A stretch of 64,000 nucleotides of DNA from an uncultured Actinomycetes bacterium (lineage in GTDB: Bacteria > Actinomycetota > UBA4738 > HRBIN12). The notes under the pieces are model-generated. The model saw only the letters and a list, made by a program, of their open reading frames with translations, did no database searches and was not told the DNA's origin. Shown piece by piece: positions 62,022-64,000 of this stretch. Position 1 is the stretch's first letter, and the number at the start of each line of letters is the position of its first letter. The stretch lies in assembly GCA_963704725.1 (NCBI GenBank), contig OY969934.1:2336001-2400000 (forward strand), read 5' to 3'. The translations under genes were made by a program, and so were the position numbers.

Positions 62022-62824
62022 CCCCGCTGGAGCTGCTCTTCGAGCGCGACCGCCTGCCGTCGTTCGACGTGCCGGAGGGTCTGGCGCGGCGGTACGGAGG
62101 AGGCCTCGGGTTCCCGTCGCCGCACCTGTACGCCAACTTCGTCTCGTCGCTCGACGGGGTCGTCGCCCTGGGTGGCGAGCCCCACTCAGGCCGCACGATC
62201 GCGAGGAACAGCGACGCCGATCGATTCGTCATGGGCCTGCTCCGCGCCTGCGCTGACGCCGTCCTGATCGGGGCCGGCACGTTGCGGGCCGCTCCCGGCT
62301 CCCGGTGGACGCCCGGCTACGCGGACGCGGAGGCGGCGACGGAGTTCGCCGAGCTCCGGAGACGTCTCGGTCGCGAGGCCGAACCACGTCTGATCGTGCT
62401 CACCGGACGCGGCGAGATCGACCCGCGGCACCCGGCGCTCGAGTCCGGAGCCCTGGTGATCACGACGAGCCGTGGAGCGGCGGCCCTCGGCCGCCGGCTC
62501 CCCGCGTCCTCGAACATCGTCGCGCTCGGAGACGGTTCGGCGATCGATCCGGCCGACGCGATCGCCGCCGTTCGGCGCGAGGGACACGACGTCGTCCTGT
62601 CAGAGGGAGGCCCGGTGGTCATCGGCGGCCTGCTCCGGGCGGGCCTCCTCGACGAGCTCTTCCTCACACTCTCCCCCACCCTGGCCGGTCGGTCGGAGCG
62701 AGGGGACCGGCCGGGCCTCGTGGAGGGGATCGAGCTGCTGCCGTCGCGGTCGGTCCGGGGCGAGCTGCTGAGCGCGCGACGGAACGGATCCCATCTCTTC
62801 CTGCGGTACGCGATCTCGAGCTGA
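62018..62824 (+). CDS. RibD_C/dihydrofolate reductase-like protein (Rv2671-like)
   Basis: ANFVSSLDG, LRACADAVLIGAGT, LSEGGP, DELFLTLSP; GTGA overlap with folE. Confidence 0.87.
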   Translation: MTPLELLFERDRLPSFDVPEGLARRYGGGLGFPSPHLYANFVSSLDGVVALGGEPHSGRTIARNSDADRFVMGLLRACADAVLIGAGTLRAAPGSRWTPGYADAEAATEFAELRRRLGREAEPRLIVLTGRGEIDPRHPALESGALVITTSRGAAALGRRLPASSNIVALGDGSAIDPADAIAAVRREGHDVVLSEGGPVVIGGLLRAGLLDELFLTLSPTLAGRSERGDRPGLVEGIELLPSRSVRGELLSARRNGSHLFLRYAISS

Positions 62825-63019
62825 GTGCGGCGAACGGGGCGGTCCCCAACGTCCCCCGGCACCCCGGCCGCCGGTCGTGACCGTGACGACTTCTCCATCG
62901 CAGGAGCCTTGCCGTCGCTCGCCCCGGGCCGCAGCATCGGGTTCGTGCATCATGCTCCTCAGCCCGCGGCCGTCCTCGGTCCGTCGCGCCGTGACACCGT
63001 CATCAGGCTGTGGCCCGCG

Positions 63020-63535
63020 GTGCACCGGCTCGTCGTGGTCGGACTGTCCGCCATAGGGCTGAGCGGCCTGATCGCCTGGGGGCTCGGATCGCTGCTGGAT
63101 CCGGCGTTCGTCGCCGGCGACCCGCCCGGTGTGACGTATACGGCGGCCCGGTGCGTCGAGCTGGCCGAGTACGCGCCCGGCGCCGGCACGTGCCGGGAGG
63201 CAGCCGCCGACCACCACTTCGGCGAGGTCGTGGAGGGCAGGCTCGCGGCCGGGGTTCTGGGGGTGGTGGCGGCCGGCGCCTACCTGTGGCTCCGACGGCG
63301 GATGCCCGGCCGACCCGACCCCCTCGTCGACCTGCTCGAGCATGGCGTGGGAGCCGCCTTGTTCGGCACGGCCACGCTGGGGTTGCTCACGCTCGGCCTT
63401 GGCCAGCTTGCGCAGGGTGTCGATGCGGGCGCGGGGATGTACCTCAGTGCCGGTGCCGTCGCCCTGCCGATCGCGATCGTCTACACGGCTCGTCTGCTCG
63501 GGACCCGCGCGTCGGGCGGGGCCGCGGTCGGCTGA
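63020..63535 (+). CDS. Membrane protein of unknown function
   Basis: About 4 hydrophobic segments with a Cys-containing loop; start uncertain. Confidence 0.6.
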   Translation: MHRLVVVGLSAIGLSGLIAWGLGSLLDPAFVAGDPPGVTYTAARCVELAEYAPGAGTCREAAADHHFGEVVEGRLAAGVLGVVAAGAYLWLRRRMPGRPDPLVDLLEHGVGAALFGTATLGLLTLGLGQLAQGVDAGAGMYLSAGAVALPIAIVYTARLLGTRASGGAAVG

Positions 63536-63636
63536 CGAGCGCCGCAGACCCGACGTCCCCCGCAGAGGCGGGGCGTTCGGCCCGCGCGACGGGCGGGTCT
63601 CGGGCGCAGCATGGAGCCATCGATCGGAGGTGCGAC

Positions 63637-64000
63637 ATGGCGGTCATCAGCACGATCTACCGTGGCGACATGAGCTTCGAGGCGACGATGGGAGAGCATC
63701 GCCTGGTCATCGATGTGCCGGCGAGCATCGGGGGGAGAGAGCGGGGTCCGACGCCGCTGGACCTGTTCGTCGCGTCCCTCGGCTCCTGCGTGGCGGCCTT
63801 CGTCGCCAACTACTGCGAGCGAACGGGGCTCGACCCCACGGACCTGAGCGTGGACGTGAGCTTCCAGCAGTCCGATGTCGAGCCCACCTGCCTGGAGGAC
63901 CTGGAGGTGGTCATCAACCTCCCGAACGCCGACTGCGGTGAGCGGGAACGGGCGATCAAGCGGATCGCCGAGCACTGCCCCGTGCACGAGACGATGGAGT
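63637..64000 (+). CDS. OsmC-family protein (3' end beyond the window)
   Basis: GGRERGPTPLDLFVASLGSC...HCPVHET; GGAGG RBS. Confidence 0.85.
   Translation, partial: MAVISTIYRGDMSFEATMGEHRLVIDVPASIGGRERGPTPLDLFVASLGSCVAAFVANYCERTGLDPTDLSVDVSFQQSDVEPTCLEDLEVVINLPNADCGERERAIKRIAEHCPVHETME

Noticed and set aside
43346-64000. Direct repeat of the tRNA-Glu 3' end marking the far island boundary
   Set aside because: Not found by eye in the window, so the boundary is left undefined

Overview
High-GC bacterial DNA, most likely a deep-branching Actinomycetota genome. This is inferred from the recG-rpmB-thiD-thiL-Lrp-ddl-plsC-cofC-HU-tRNA-Gln synteny, the F420 gene cofC and many apparently leaderless genes. 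About nine single-base indels break otherwise intact genes and look like long-read assembly errors. The window has four parts. (1) 1-11.9 kb is housekeeping core. (2) 12-34 kb is a large purine/ureide catabolic locus: two molybdenum hydroxylases, two amidohydrolases, a Mer-like (F420-type) LLM oxidoreductase, a YgeW-like plus a second, altered PyrB-like carbamoyltransferase, carbamate kinase, two fold-type-II PLP enzymes, a regulator pair and a BMP-type ABC importer. It looks like an undescribed F420-linked variant of the reductive (2,8-dioxopurine) urate pathway with two carbamoyltransferases. (3) 34-43 kb holds a sensor kinase, tandem phosphoesterases, icd and others. (4) From tRNA-Glu (43270) onward is an integrated accessory region. 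It starts with a coupled relaxase/small ORF/large serine recombinase module whose recombinase ends inside the tRNA. It continues with an IS481 remnant, two intact IS3-family elements (one splits a small secreted 4-Cys protein), a vapBC pair, an ArsR-ArsP-thioredoxin module, an ECF41 sigma factor with twin promoters and a folE-RibD_C module. All family calls are by eye from motifs; no searches were run.
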